Shown here piece after piece: positions 37,915-50,348 of a stretch of 64,000 nt of DNA (position 1 is the first letter of the stretch; each line of letters opens with the position of its first letter). The stretch spans positions 356,860 through 420,859 of the forward strand of contig NW_014577072.1 in assembly GCF_000485595.1 (NCBI RefSeq), in the 5' to 3' direction. The notes beneath the pieces are model-generated. The model saw nothing but the letters and a program-made list of their open reading frames with translations. It was not told the DNA's origin and did no database searches. Position numbers and translations under genes: made by a program. Source of the stretch: Priapulus caudatus. Lineage: Eukaryota.

Positions 37915-40900
37915 CGGGGCCAGCGAGGAGCACGGAGTCGCAAGCTAAACACGCCGCCCAGGCCGAGTACGAGGGCCCGGCTGGCGAAGCTGACGGCAGG
38001 AGCTGACCGGGAGCCCGGAGGCGAGGAACCGCGAGCGCGCCAGAGGCCTGCAACTCGCGCTATATGTTAGAGCAGCTGAACAGGCGGCTGAGACGCGGCA
38101 GAAGCAGCTGTCGCGCAGCAAGAAAGCAGGCAAGCCCGTCGGCGAGCACGAGCACGCGAACGAGTAGGACCAGGTAGGGTCTTAATACATAATACTGTGT
38201 GTGTTGCCACTCACCTCGACGCGACCTCGACAAAGAAGGGCCGTCTAAAAAAAAATGTATTCCATCTTTTTTTTTCTCTTTTTTTTTTAAACCAAATTGT
38301 ATGCACTAATTGGTATCACAAAACAAGTGTGATACCATTATATAAATCCTGTAGGCAATACATTATATGTACGCAAGCAAAACAAACATCAACATAAAGG
38401 TATCTCCACAGCAAGCACAGCCGGCTGTAGAACCATGCTGAAATTTGTAAAAAGACCGCCCGTCCTTAAAAAAGAAGCGACTTACTAACCGCCAACTTTT
38501 CAGCCTGGGTCGGGTGAGGGCAAACAATGATTTTATAGGCCATCATCTGACTATAGTCAGATTGGCAGCTTGTTAGAATCTGAGTTCGTCCGTCGTCGTG
38601 CGTGTCAACAGTTGGGCAACAAATCTTACCGCCTCGACGTACGGTCAAGGGCGGAATATTCGGGGGACATGGGGGGGATGTCAAAAACGAGTTGGGAATG
38701 TCGAAGCTGGGGTCAAAGGTCAAGGTCAGAGGTGTGAAAGAAGGGGGTAACATTCACTTCGTTAACTTAAGGGTACTAGGAGCGAAATTGCAGAATTGCC
38801 GGCACAATCTAAATGGCTCGACCTAGGCTCGTGATAGTTGGGTATAGCAATCATGGTAGGAAAGCTCACTCACTGTGCCGAAATTGGAGGTCACAGGTAA
38901 AAGGGGTCAAATGGGCACAGGGCACGATTTTAGACATTTTCTGAGGACCATGTCTGACGGAGCGATTGAAAAACTTTTTTGTTTCAGCGTGACCTAGACA
39001 TTTTATGGCATTATTGAACGACATGAATCTACTTTCTGTGCTGACATGCGAAGAGTAAGTGTCAGATAACCTTTTGACCCTCAAGAGGAGGGCTTAACAT
39101 GGATTTGTTGACTGTCTCGTTTAGAAAGAATTTGACTGCCGGTTGCTAGTAGAATCTTATTACATGCCTGTGATGTAGTGAGGCTACAATGGTTCACAGT
39201 GAAATTTCAAAATGCTAAATTTGGTTAAAGAAGGTTTATGTCTTTAAATCGTACTAATTTCTATGGGCATTCTGTACTGTCAGTATGTTACGATGATACC
39301 GTATGCCACTGCCAGTGGCTGTGCAGTGCATGTTGTTGGTGGTATGTCAGTTTTTGCCTGCCTTAATTGTTACGCAGGTGCAGCCTCTCTATTCTGCAGG
39401 CCTGTAGGCTTGCGAGTAAGGGTGAGTGCTTACCTATCTGTCTTAGCAATATAGTTTGTTGCTACCTACGTACGATGGAGTTTCCATCTTTTAATCTTAG
39501 AAGACATTTAAACGTACGCGCCATCTCGTGGCAACTTGCATAAGATGCTCAACGAATCATTCCTTTGAGAAGGTCTACGATACCATCCCTGGTGGATTCC
39601 ACTGTTTCGGCGTGTATGATGAACACATTTTGGATCTGACTAACAGGGTTACTGAATCCCACGCACTAAGAGTCACCGCAGTAGACGTTAGATGAGCGCT
39701 GTCGCTCCGCGGCAGCTTGTTTTAATTTGGCCTAACCGTCGACTGCTTTTGCACAGTTGGCCCTGTAGACTCGTTATTGTCTTTTTACGAGGTTTTGCGT
39801 CCTATTCGTGTTTCCTAGTGGAGAGTGTACTGCACCGTTTGCAAGTTGGTTTCGCAACCCTCGCGTCTTGTCTGATCGCTTTTGGGCATTTTCTCTTATG
39901 CATCTCATTTTCAGCTCGTCCTCAAGAACCTCGTCAACTGCTAATAAAAGCCAATCGCGACGCCTAGCTGCTGCCCAAAAGCATGCCGCAGCAGTGACGT
40001 CTGTGTATCGGGGCTCGCTCGCAAGGCGCCACGCCACTGCAGTATCGACCAAATGGCAATCCGGCAGTCAGCAGACGCTACTGCAACGGTGATGCCACAC
40101 CGTCGTACTGTTGCATTCCACGAAGAGGCAGATAACTGGGTGAGAGTACGCTCATGCCACTCGACTGTGAAAATAATCGGTTCGCCATAACTTATATAGT
40201 TAACTCGCAATTAGGTGGAGATTTTACAATAGCTCAAACGTAAACTTAAAATTTTTATTTTATTAACTTGTTGTAGGCAATTTGCACTTGAGTTGCAAAT
40301 AAATGCGACACATAAAAGGATTTATTTTGTGTATTATCGTAGTTTATGCAATACTTTGAAATGATAAAACCGCGTACCTTTCTAGGTCCCACTATGAAGC
40401 CCAACACCTCGCAGGCACCGTGCGCTAACCCAGGCTCCGGCATTCGCAGCAATTATCATCACCCCACGTGGAGGAGGAAGGAGGTCATAGTGCAGGTCAG
40501 TCACCACCAGTCGAACACCAGGAGGTTGCGCAGCCAGCTGAAGTGCTGTTGTACTGTGGGATTGGACTTAACTTTCACTGTAGCCAGTATTACAAACGAA
40601 TCTATAATTTCATTAGGCTTGTGTAGGGCAACCTTTTTAGAGATTTCTGGCTGTGTAATGATGAATTTCTGTGTTTTGCATCCAAAGTTTCCACTAGAGG
40701 TATTCCTGACACCATCAGCCACGCAGCAGCCAGCAACAGCAGTCACAACCAACAGCAGCAGCAACAGCAGCATGACCAGCCTGGCTGTGTCCCGCAACAG
40801 AGCCCTCTAGAGGCCATAACTGCAGGAAAACGGCCAAGAGAGCAAGAGATAGGCAGATACGACTGTGGCGACAGACAGCTTGCTTCAGTAAACCTCAACG

Positions 40901-40987
40901 GCGTGGTATTAAAGCGTAATCAACCCTAATTCGAGATAAAAACTGACGCAAGCAATTAGTATTTTTTACTCCTTTTATTTAAGTAAT
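30015..40987 (+). other. TPR: Indel-riddled duplicate (copy A) of the TPR locus; most likely uncorrected long-read/alternate-haplotype assembly artefact rather than a pseudogene
   Basis: Collinear with 41013-50448 including introns and upstream DNA. Differences are mostly 1-2 nt indels every few bases; a long poly-G at ~37879-37912 replaces a few bases; ends at a 25-N gap. Confidence 0.8.
30371..31345. mobile_element. ~975-bp non-autonomous hAT-like element, present only in TPR copy A
   Basis: Ends CAGTGCTGAGAAATAAG / CTTATTTCGAGCGCACTG, repeated GGTTGTCC/GGACAAC subterminal motifs, flanking CTAAC on both sides; empty site at ~41345-41355. Confidence 0.75.
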
Positions 40988-41012
40988 NNNNNNNNNNNNN
41001 NNNNNNNNNNNN
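40988..41012. other. 25-N assembly gap (second 25-N gap at 50449-50473)
   Basis: Counted N runs; both follow the same sequence ...TTTTATTTAAGTAAT. Confidence 0.98.
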
Positions 41013-41257
41013 GGGACAGGTGGTAACAGGTTGCAGTTGGTATTTCCAGCCGACAATGTACTATAGCCCTGTGGCATTTAATCGAACGCGGGCTATAGTA
41101 CTAGAGCTAGGCGCGGCCCATCTACACTTCACTGCACTCCAGTAATACATAACTGGCATTGACAACCACCTCAGTCTAATTTGGCTCGGCATAAATTCCA
41201 ATTATCCGTATTAGTCATTAAACTTTTAAAGGTGTCTTCCCTTGAAGTTTCGGCCCA

Positions 41258-41442
41258 AGTATAGAGAACATTGGTCCCAATAAAACCAATGTGCCTAACC
41301 CTAACCCTATCCCTAATTCTAACCCTAACCCTTACCCTAATCCTAACCCTAACCATAACCCTAACCTATTATATTGATATAATATTATATTTATATTGAT
41401 GTAAATGACATTGGTGTTATTGGGACCCATGTTCTCTATCCT
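41258..41442. mobile_element. Small TIR element carrying degenerate (CCCTAA)n telomere-like repeats
   Basis: ATAGAGAACATTGGTCCCAATAAAACCAATGT ... ACATTGGTGTTATTGGGACCCATGTTCTCTAT enclosing a degenerate CCCTAA array at ~41295-41366; the copy A version (30269-31443) is interrupted by the hAT-like element. Confidence 0.65.
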
Positions 41443-42240
41443 TAAACCCAAGTTTCAAGCAGCAAACATAAAATTAGGCAAAAATGAATTATTTTAACAT
41501 TGCACGTTTGTACTTGTCTATATATGTGTGATAGGTAAAAAAAATTGCTCGGGAATACGTTCATTCAAAGCTTTTAGACTACAAAGTGAAAGTGTTGGGT
41601 GACTTGGGTCGAATGTTTCAAACAGCGTTTACTTTTGCTGCTTTGTGTCAATGTTGTGACGAGTCTTTTGTTGCCATGCAGTGTTGCCAAGCGCTGAAGG
41701 TCATGAAGGCTGCATGTATGCTCATAGATATCATATAACACATGTGTTATATATGATATCTATAGCTGTGCTGGTTGCATGACCTGCGTCGACTCTTGCC
41801 GCCATGATACAGAACCGTGGCGAAACGCGTTTTTCGAGTTGTTTTTTCGTTGAGGGAATATAGGCTTGATACATGTTTTTACAGTTTTATTTTCAAAGCT
41901 AACGTTCAGTTAAAGTGTAGTGAGTTATTTACTTACGTTTTTACGGTGGTTTGTCACAAAAATGTGCGTGGGAAGGCATCTTTAACTGAGTAAGGATGAA
42001 GTAGCCAGAAGTGTGTCCCTGCTCACTGTGTACCTATGACAGAATCTTCAGTATAAACTATAATGAAGGCAGTTAGGATTTGATTTGGTAGAAGTCGAAT
42101 TGCTGTTACTATTTGCCATATTCAAAGGTACTTTTACTCTTTGAAAGTTCACATTTCAGTTTAAACAATCTTGAAATTTTAATTTGCTCAACGCAACTAT
42201 TGTTTATCTTTAATTGCAGGTGGTTGCAAAAGTTGACAAT

Positions 42241-45200
42241 ATGGAGAATATAGATTTATTGTCAAGCTTTCTAGATGTGGAAGAGCTGAATAAAATTCCA
42301 GAATCCATCAAAGAAAAGCTTTGCATGCATATTGAAGTAGTTCAAAGTGAGACAAAATGCATGAAGGCCAGTGCAGCACTCCACTTGGCAAATGAGGAAC
42401 AACAGTATCTTGACCTTGAGAAGAAATTCTTGACCACAAAATCGCAACTGGAGAACGAAGATGCCGAATGCACGAAGTTAAAATGTAAAGTGAAAGACCT
42501 AGAAGAGCAGTTCACCCAGGCCAGCTCCAAGGCGAAAGAACTGGCAACCTCTGAGCATGACAATCTATCGACTCAGCTGAGATTGTCTCGTTGCAATGAG
42601 TCTCTGGAGGCTGAGAAGAGGGAGTTGTCAGAGCAGCTGGAGAGAAAGAACCGCGAGATCGACAGACTGAATGAAGAATGGAAGCAGATGTCCAACAAGT
42701 TGACGACTGCTAACCAGCGGAGGTGCGAAGCTCAGGCTAAGCTCGATGAGATTAACAGCCAAGCGATCAGTAACAAGTTCAGCGAGGAGCGGTGGGCGCA
42801 GGAGAAGAAGTTGCTGGAGCAGCAGGTATCGTGGCTCAATGCAGACGGTAACCGCAAGGAGAAGGAGCTGTATTCCCTGAGGCAGGAGACATCCGGCAAG
42901 GTGCTGCAGCTGCAGATGCAGCTGGACGGAAAGTCGGAGGAAGCCGTGGGCCTGCAGGAGAACGTCGACCTGCTCGCAAACACCAACCGGGAGCAGGAGC
43001 AGAAGCTCGAACAGCTCATCGACAAGCTGAAGGAGAGCCACACGACGCACATAAAGAGCGAGGAGCAGTTCCAGGCGGAGCTGCACGCTCAGACGAAGCT
43101 CGCCGGCCTTTACCACAACTCGTCCGAGGAGGCGGAGGGCAAGGTGCTCGAGCTGATGACGGCCGTGCACGAGCTGCAGAAGCTGCTCAAGCAGGCCGCC
43201 GTCACGCACACGCAGCTCGAGCAGAAGTACGGCGAGGACACGCGCGCGCTGCAGGCGAGCGTCGACGACGGCAACGGCAAGCTGGACGCGCTCGCCAAGG
43301 AGCTGGAGAACGCCAACGACCTGCTGTCGGCGGCCAGGCCGCACGGCCACGCCTCGATGACGTCCGAGCAACTCGAGGAGCTGTTGCCGACGGCGGCCAC
43401 GACCAGCAAGCTGCTCAAGTCGGGCATGACGCTGACGCAGATCTACAACGAGTACGTGCAGACGAGCAGCGCGCTCGAGCTCGAGCGGCTCGAGAACAAG
43501 CGACTGAACCAGTACCTCGAGCAGATCCTGCAGGAGATCGAGGAGAAGGCGCCGATCGTGAAGCGCTGGCGCGAGGGCTACGAGAACTCGCTGCGCACGA
43601 TCGCCGACATGACGCGGCAGCACGAGTGCGCGCTGCAGGAGATCGACGCGCTGCGCTGCCAGGCGATCGACGCGCGACGCACGTCCGGCCAGCTGGAGCG
43701 CGACAGCGCGCGCATGCGCCAGCAGGTGGCCGACCTTGGCCAGCAGGTGCAGCTGCTGCTGAAGGAGGTCGAGGAAGCTCGCGGCGGCCGCGTGTCCGTC
43801 CGCAACGAGTCGGACATCTGCGACGCAGAGATCTCGAGCAGCTCACAGCTGATCAGCGAGCGGCTGGTGACGTTCCGCAGCATCGGAGAGCTGCAGGAGC
43901 AGAACCAGCAGCTGCTGGCCGTCGTGCGCGAGCTCAGCGAGAAGCAGGAGGCCGAGGAGAAGAGGCTTACCGACAGTAAGACGCAGGAGCTGCAGGAGCA
44001 GCTCAACGCCGCCACGAAAGATCTCGAGGAGCTGAGGGCCGCGCGGCAGAGGCAAGCGGACATGGTCGAGTCGATTGTCAGGCAGAGAGACATGTACCGG
44101 GTCCTTCTGGCCGACACGAGTGTCGCACCGTCGGAGAACGGGTCCATGATTACGTCCACTCCTAGCGTTCCTCACGGTCAGGATAAGGAGTTGGGTGAAA
44201 CGAAGGCAGCGCTGTCTCAGATGCAGCGCGAGTTTGACACGTACAAGGTCGAGAAGGCTGAGAATACTAACCTGCTGATGTCACAGCAGGACAAGCTGCG
44301 CGTCAGTCTGTCCGAGTTGCAGATCCAGAACGCGCAGCTCAGCTCGCAGTTTGAGTTTACGCAGGAGCGCTACAAGATCCTCCAGTCGAACGTCGAGAAC
44401 TACAAGAGGGAGATAGCCGCGCTGCGCGAGAAGAACGTCAAGTTCACGGCGAACGTGATGCTCTACCAGCAGAACATCAGCACGCTGACGCAGGAGGTGA
44501 CCAAGCTGCAGGAGAAGCTCGCACGCGCCGAGACTGACGCCGAAAACTTCAAGGCCGAGCGAGACATCCTCAAGTCGGTCGAAGCGCGGCTCGTGACGGA
44601 GCGAGACGCGGTTGCGCGCGAACAGCGAGGACAGAGCGTGCTGCTTGCCAACCTGCAGACGCTCCAGAACAACCTCGAGCGCTCAGAGCAGGAGACGCAG
44701 CGCCGGCTGACGAACCAGGTGGAGAACCTTGAGCGCGAGTGCGCGCTGCTGCGCCGCAAGCACGACGCCGAGGTCGCGCACGGCCGCGCCGCCGCCAAGG
44801 GCTGGGACAGCCAGGTGAGAGAGCTGAGGGCGCAGCTCGAGAGCGAGCTGCGCGCGCACCAGAAGACGCGCGAGGACCGCAGCGGCGACACCGAGCGCGT
44901 CGCGAGCCTCAAGAGCGACCTGTGCGACGCCGAGGTCAAGCTGGCCGCAGCGGAGAGCCGGCTGTCGGCAGCCGAGAAACCTGAGCCGGCGAGATCGGCC
45001 GCCAAGGAGGAGCTGGAAGAGTGTCACGCGCAGCTGGCGGCGGCGCAGCAGGAGGCGAGGGGCGTGCGCGCGCAGCTGGAGCAGGCGACTCGCAGCGCCG
45101 ATCAGTACCGCGCCATCGCCGACAGCGTCGAGCGAAGCCTCGCCGAGCAGAACGAGGCGAGCCGCACGCTGCAGGCGGTGTGCGAGTCGCGTGTCGCCGA

Positions 45201-46997
45201 GGCGCGGCGCGCGAGCGACGACCTCGCGCAGCGGCTCGCGGCGACGCAGCGGCAGCACGATGCCGCCGCGCAGGAGAACGCGTGCCTGCTCGAGCAGAAC
45301 GCGACGCAGGGCGGCACGCTGCGGCGTCAGCTCGTCGCCGCGCAGAACGAGCTCGCCGAGACGCTCGCTCAGCAGAAGGACGCGGCGGCGCGCGAGGGGG
45401 CCGCGCGCGACGACCTCACCGCGCAGGCGGGCGTCGCCGCCGACGCGCAGGTGAAGTACGAGCGCGAGCTTGTGCTGCACGCCGCGGACGTGCAGAGCCT
45501 GACGACGGTGCGCGAGCAGCTCGACGGGGTGATGACGCGTGCCCGCACCGCCGAGGACGCAGCCGCCAAGGCCGACGAGACGCTGAGCAGCAAGCAGGCG
45601 TCGTGGGAGGAGCGCGAGCGCGCGCTGAAGAGCGAGTGCGCGCAGTTGGAGACGCGCAGCGGCGAGCTGCAGCAGCACAACGAGGTGCTGCACGCGCAGA
45701 TGGAGACGATGTCCACGCAGATGCTCGCGGTACGGGCGCGCGGCGGGAGCGCCGACACGTCGCTGTCCGACACGCTCGACATGTCGATCGGCGACGACGG
45801 CCAGAAGTCGTCGGAGCAGCTGCTCGAGATCCTGCGCTACCTGCGCCGCGAGAAGGAGATTGCGACGACACAGCACGAGGTGGCGCGCGCTGACGCCGCG
45901 CGCCAGAAGGTGCGCGTCGCGCAGCTCGAGCGGCAGACGCAGGAGCTGCAGGCGAGCATCGCTGAGGAGCGGCGTCGCGGCGAGCGGAGCGCGCGCACGG
46001 TCGGCGAGCACGCCGCACTCATGGAGAAGGTCGAACACCTGAACGTGCTCGTCGACAGCAACAAGCTGCTGCGCGACGAGAAGGAGCGTGCCACGATGCA
46101 GGCGCAGGAGCAGCAGAGCCGCGCTGCGCGCCTCGAGGCCGAGCTGCTGCCCGTCAAGAAGTCGCTGTGGGAGGCGCGGACGCTGCGCGACGCGCTGCAG
46201 ACGGAGAGCGCGGCGCTGCGCGACGAGGTGAAGCGCTGGGAGACGCGCACGAACCAGCTGCTCGAGCGCAGCAGCCAGGTCGACGCCGAGGAGTACAGGA
46301 AGCTCGTCGACGAGAAGGAGAAGCAACGCAAACAGTTCCTCGCGCTCATCCAGGAGCAGAGCGGCAAGCACAAGCAGGAGCGCGAGCAGGTCGACGCGCA
46401 GGCGGCCGCGCTGACCGCCGACGTCGCGCGGCTGCAGGCGTCGCTCGCCGCCGCCGAGAAGCAGCTGGCCGCGTCGCGCTCGGAGCACAGCCGCCAGAGC
46501 CAGGAGGTGGCGAGCAGGCAGAGCGAGGAGGCCGGCACGCTGCGCAAGCAGCTCGCCGCCGCCAACGCGCGCGTCGCGAAGCTGGCGCAGGAGGTGGCGG
46601 CGCTGCGCGGCGAGGTCGCCGACAAGAACCAGAAGATCCAGAGCGAGCTGAAGCAGCTGAACCAGGTGCGCAAGATCGGCCGCAAGTACAAGACGCAGTT
46701 CGACGAGCTGAAGCTTGAGTACGAGAACTACGTGTCGCAGGTGGCGGGCGGCTCGCGGCGCGGAGGAGCGCGCGCCGGCGCGCCCAGGAGCCAGCAGAGG
46801 CTCGAGGCTCGCGTGCAGAGCTGGAGGCGCGGCGGCGGCGCACGACGCGGAGCGGCGCGCTCTCGCCGACGAGGCGCAGCGGCTGACAGACGAGATCGCA
46901 CAGCTCGCAAGCCGAGAGCGCAAGCTGAAGACACAGTTGGGCGAGACCGAGCCGCATTAAGAAGGTGCTGCAGCAGGCCAAGCAGAGGATTCTACAG
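42241..46997 (+). CDS. TPR: Nucleoprotein TPR / Megator (nuclear-basket coiled-coil protein), giant first coding exon, best copy (B)
   Basis: 1595-codon ORF 42214..47001; acceptor ttgcag|G at 42219, ATG at 42241. TPR-typical segments: EEQQYLDLEKK, ELHAQTKLAGLY, KELENANDLL, SGMTLTQIYNEYV, LENKRLNQYLEQILQEIEEKAP, ISERLVTFRSIGELQEQNQQLL, IVRQRDMYRVLL, KYERELVLHAADV, EILRYLRREKEI, LRDEVKRWETRTNQL. Small indels after ~46750 shift the frame (AHDAERRALADEAQRLTDEIAQL lies in the alternate frame). Donor CAG|gtgaga at 46997. Confidence 0.93.
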
Positions 46998-47421
46998 GTG
47001 AGAAGCGAGCGTACGATGCAAGCGCAGTACGTAATAGCTTACACTGTATAATATATAACAGCTTAGCTTTGCTTGCGCATAATTAGTGCTGAGCTTGAAA
47101 TTTGTGTCTGTCAAACGGACGTTGTTGCAGATTTTGTTGTCTCGTTGACCATAATATTTCTGGTGCTTCGACGAAGGTAGAATCTTGCAATATAAACACT
47201 GCAGACTGCACACACTGTTAGCATTCACTAAAAATTTATTCTGGATTATTATTAGGCGAGAATAAAAAATTTCATGTGACTTTGTGTTTCAACTAACCTT
47301 GTGTACATTCTACTTACCCGTTGTGAAAATGTTTTGTATTTATGATGGACTGCCTGACTGCTTTTAATGTGCACCGTGAATTGCATGACTACCATTTGAA
47401 AAACATTATGTGCGGCATTAG

Positions 47422-50348
47422 ATCTCGTCGAATCGCGACAAGATTGCCTCCGAGATCGACGACTGAAGCAGCTTTCGGACCGCCAGCGAGGACACGAGTC
47501 CAAGCTAACCGCCGCCAGGCGAGTACGAGGGCCGGCTGGCCGAAGCTGACGCAGGAGCTGACCGAGCCAGGAGGCGAGGAACGCGAGCGCGCCAGGAGGC
47601 CTGCAACTCGCGCTAATGTAGAGCAGCTGAACAGGCGGCTGGAGACGCGGCAGAAGCAGCTGTCGCAGCAGCAGAGCAGCAAGCCGTCGGCGAGCACCAG
47701 CACCAACGATAGGACCAGGTAGGGTCTTAATAAAAATACTGTGTGTTTGCCCTCACCCGACCGACCCGACAAAAAGGGCCGTCTAAAAAAAAATGTATTC
47801 ATCTTTTTTTCTCTTTTTTTTTAAACAAATTGTATCACTAATTGTATCACAACAAGTGGTATACATTATATAAATCTGTAGGCAATACATTATATGTACC
47901 AAGCAAAACAAACATTCAACATAAAAGGTATCTCCACACAAGCACACCCGAGCATGTAGACACCATGCTGAATTTGTAAAAAGACCCCCGTCCTAAAAAA
48001 AAAGCCGACTTACCTACCCAAACTTTTCAGCCTGGGTCGGGTGAGGGCAAACAATGATTTTTAGCTCATCTGACATAGTCAGATGCAGCTTGTAGAATCG
48101 CTTGATCGTCCGTCCGTCCGTCCGTGCGTCCGTCAACAGTTGCACAAATCTTAACCGCTCGACGTACGTCACGATATTCGGCACATTGGGGGGGATCGTC
48201 AAAAACGAGTTGGAATGTCGAACGCTGGGGTCAAAGGTCAAAGGTCAAGAGGTGTAAAAGAAGGGGGAACATTCACTCCTTAACTTAAGGTATAGGAGAA
48301 ATGCAGAATTGCGGCACAAATCTAAATGGCTCGACCTAGGCTCGTGATAGTTGGTTATAGCATCATGGTAGCGAAAAGCCATCACTGTGCCGAAATTGGA
48401 GGTCACAGGTAAAGGTCAATGGCACAGGGCAGATTTTAGACATTTTCTGAGACATGGTCTGACGGAGCGATTGAAAAACTTTTTTGTTTCAGGCGTGACC
48501 TAGCCATTTTTATGCATTATTGAAAGACTATGAAATCTACTTTTTGCTGACATGCGAAGAGTAAGTGTCAGATAACCTTTTGACCCTCAAGAGAGGTTAA
48601 ACTTGATTTGTTGACTGTCTGTTAGAAAGAATTGACTGCCGGTTTGCTAGTAGAATCTATACATGCCTGATGTAGTGAGGCTACAATGTCACAGTGAATT
48701 TCAAAAGCTAAATTTGGTTAAGAAGGTGTATGTTCCTTAAATCGTATAATTTCTATGCATTCTGTACTGTCAGTTATGTTACATGATACGTATGCCACTG
48801 CCAGTGGCTGCTGCCAGTGCATGTGTTGGTGCAGTTTTTCCTGCGTTAATTGTTACAGGTGGCCAGCTCTCTATTGCCAATTTGCAGCCTGTAGGCTTGC
48901 GTAGGTAATGTGATGAGTGCTTACCTATTCTGTCTTGCAATATAGTTGTTGCTACTACGTACGATGAGAGCTTCCATCTTTAATCTGAAGACATTAAACG
49001 TACGCGCCATCTCGTGCAACTTTCATAACGATCCCAACGAATCATTCCTTTGAGAAGGTTCTGATACCATCCCTGTGATTCCACTGTTTCGGCGTGTATG
49101 TGAACACATTTGGGACTAACAGGTGTTACTAGAATCCCACCACTCCACCACAGAGTCACCGCAGTAGACGTAGATGAGCGCTGTCCTCCGCGGCACTTGT
49201 TTTAATTGTGGCCTAACCGTCGACTCGCTTTGCACAGTTCGCCCTGTAGACTCGTTATTGTCTTTTTTACGAGGTTTTGCGTCCTATTCGTGTTTCCTAG
49301 TGAATGTGTACATGCACGTTTGCAATGTTGGTTTCCAACTCGCGTCTTGTCCTGATCCTTTTGGGCATTTTCTCTTATGACATCTCATTTTCAGCTCGTC
49401 TCAAGAACCTCCAACTGCTAATAAAAGCCAATCGCGACGCCAGCTGCTGCCAAAAGCATGCCGCAGCAGTGACGTCTGTGTCATCGGGCTCCTCCAAGGC
49501 AGCCACGCCACTGCAGTATCGACCAATGGCAATCAGCAGTCAGCAGACGCTACTGCAACGGTGATGCCACACCGTCGTCTGTTGAATTCCACGAAGAGGC
49601 AGATAACTGGTAAGTACAGCTCATGCCACTCGACTGTGAAAATAATCGTTCCCATAACTTATATATAACTCCATTAGGTGAGATTTTACAAATACTCAAA
49701 ACGTAAACTTAAAATTTTTATTTATTAACTTGTTGTAGGCATTTGCACTTGAGTTGCAAATAAATGCGACACATAAAAGGATTTATTTTGTGTATTATCG
49801 TAGTTTATGCAATACTTTGAAATGATAAAACCGCGTACCTTTCTAGGTCCCACTATGAAGCCCAACACCTCGCAGGCACCGTGCGCTAACCCAGGCTCCG
49901 GCATTCGCAGCAATTATCATCACCCCACGTGGAGGAGGAAGGAGGTCATAGTGCAGGTCAGTCACCACCAGTCGAACACCAGGAGGTTGCGCAGCCAGCT
50001 GAAGTGCTGTTGTACTGTGGGATTGGACTTAACTTTCACTGTAGCCAGTATTACAAACGAATCTATAATTTCATTAGGCTTGTGTAGGGCAACCTTTTTA
50101 GAGATTTCTGGCTGTGTAATGATGAATTTCTGTGTTTTGCATCCAAAGTTTCCACTAGAGGTATTCCTGACACCATCAGCCACGCAGCAGCCAGCAACAG
50201 CAGTCACAACCAACAGCAGCAGCAACAGCAGCATGACCAGCCTGGCTGTGTCCCGCAACAGAGCCCTCTAGAGGCCATAACTGCAGGAAAACGGCCAAGA
50301 GAGCAAGAGATAGGCAGATACGACTGTGGCGACAGACAGCTTGCTTCA
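47422..50348 (+). CDS. TPR: TPR downstream exons in copy B (frameshifted by probable sequencing errors): ~47422-47718, 49395-49609, 49847-~50010, ~50160-50348
   Basis: Fragments ANVEQLNRRLETRQKQL...NDRT|gtaggg and QKHAAAVTSVSSGSSKAATP; same exons as the intact ones in copy C. Confidence 0.7.
48058..49202 (+). mobile_element. Non-autonomous Helentron/DINE-1-like (HINE) element in a TPR intron (also ~38530-39722 in copy A; absent in copy C)
   Basis: Starts TTTTAGCTCATCTGACATAGTCAGATG (subterminal inverted repeat plus palindrome), has a (GTCC)n microsatellite, ends GATGAGCG...CACTTGT in a T-run with no TSD. Copy C at ~60322-60332 joins the two flanks directly. Confidence 0.75.

Noticed and set aside
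41295..41366. Interstitial telomere or chromosome fusion scar
   Set aside because: Short, degenerate and enclosed by TIRs, so part of a MITE.
42628..46923. Long antisense ORFs (331 aa and 746 aa) opposite TPR
   Set aside because: Expected from extreme GC3 bias, which removes antisense stop codons; low-complexity L/R/A content and no domain features.
46740..47001. Apparent RGG-like C-terminus and early stop of TPR, or programmed frameshift
   Set aside because: The coiled-coil continues in another frame and quality drops from here; indel errors are the simpler explanation.
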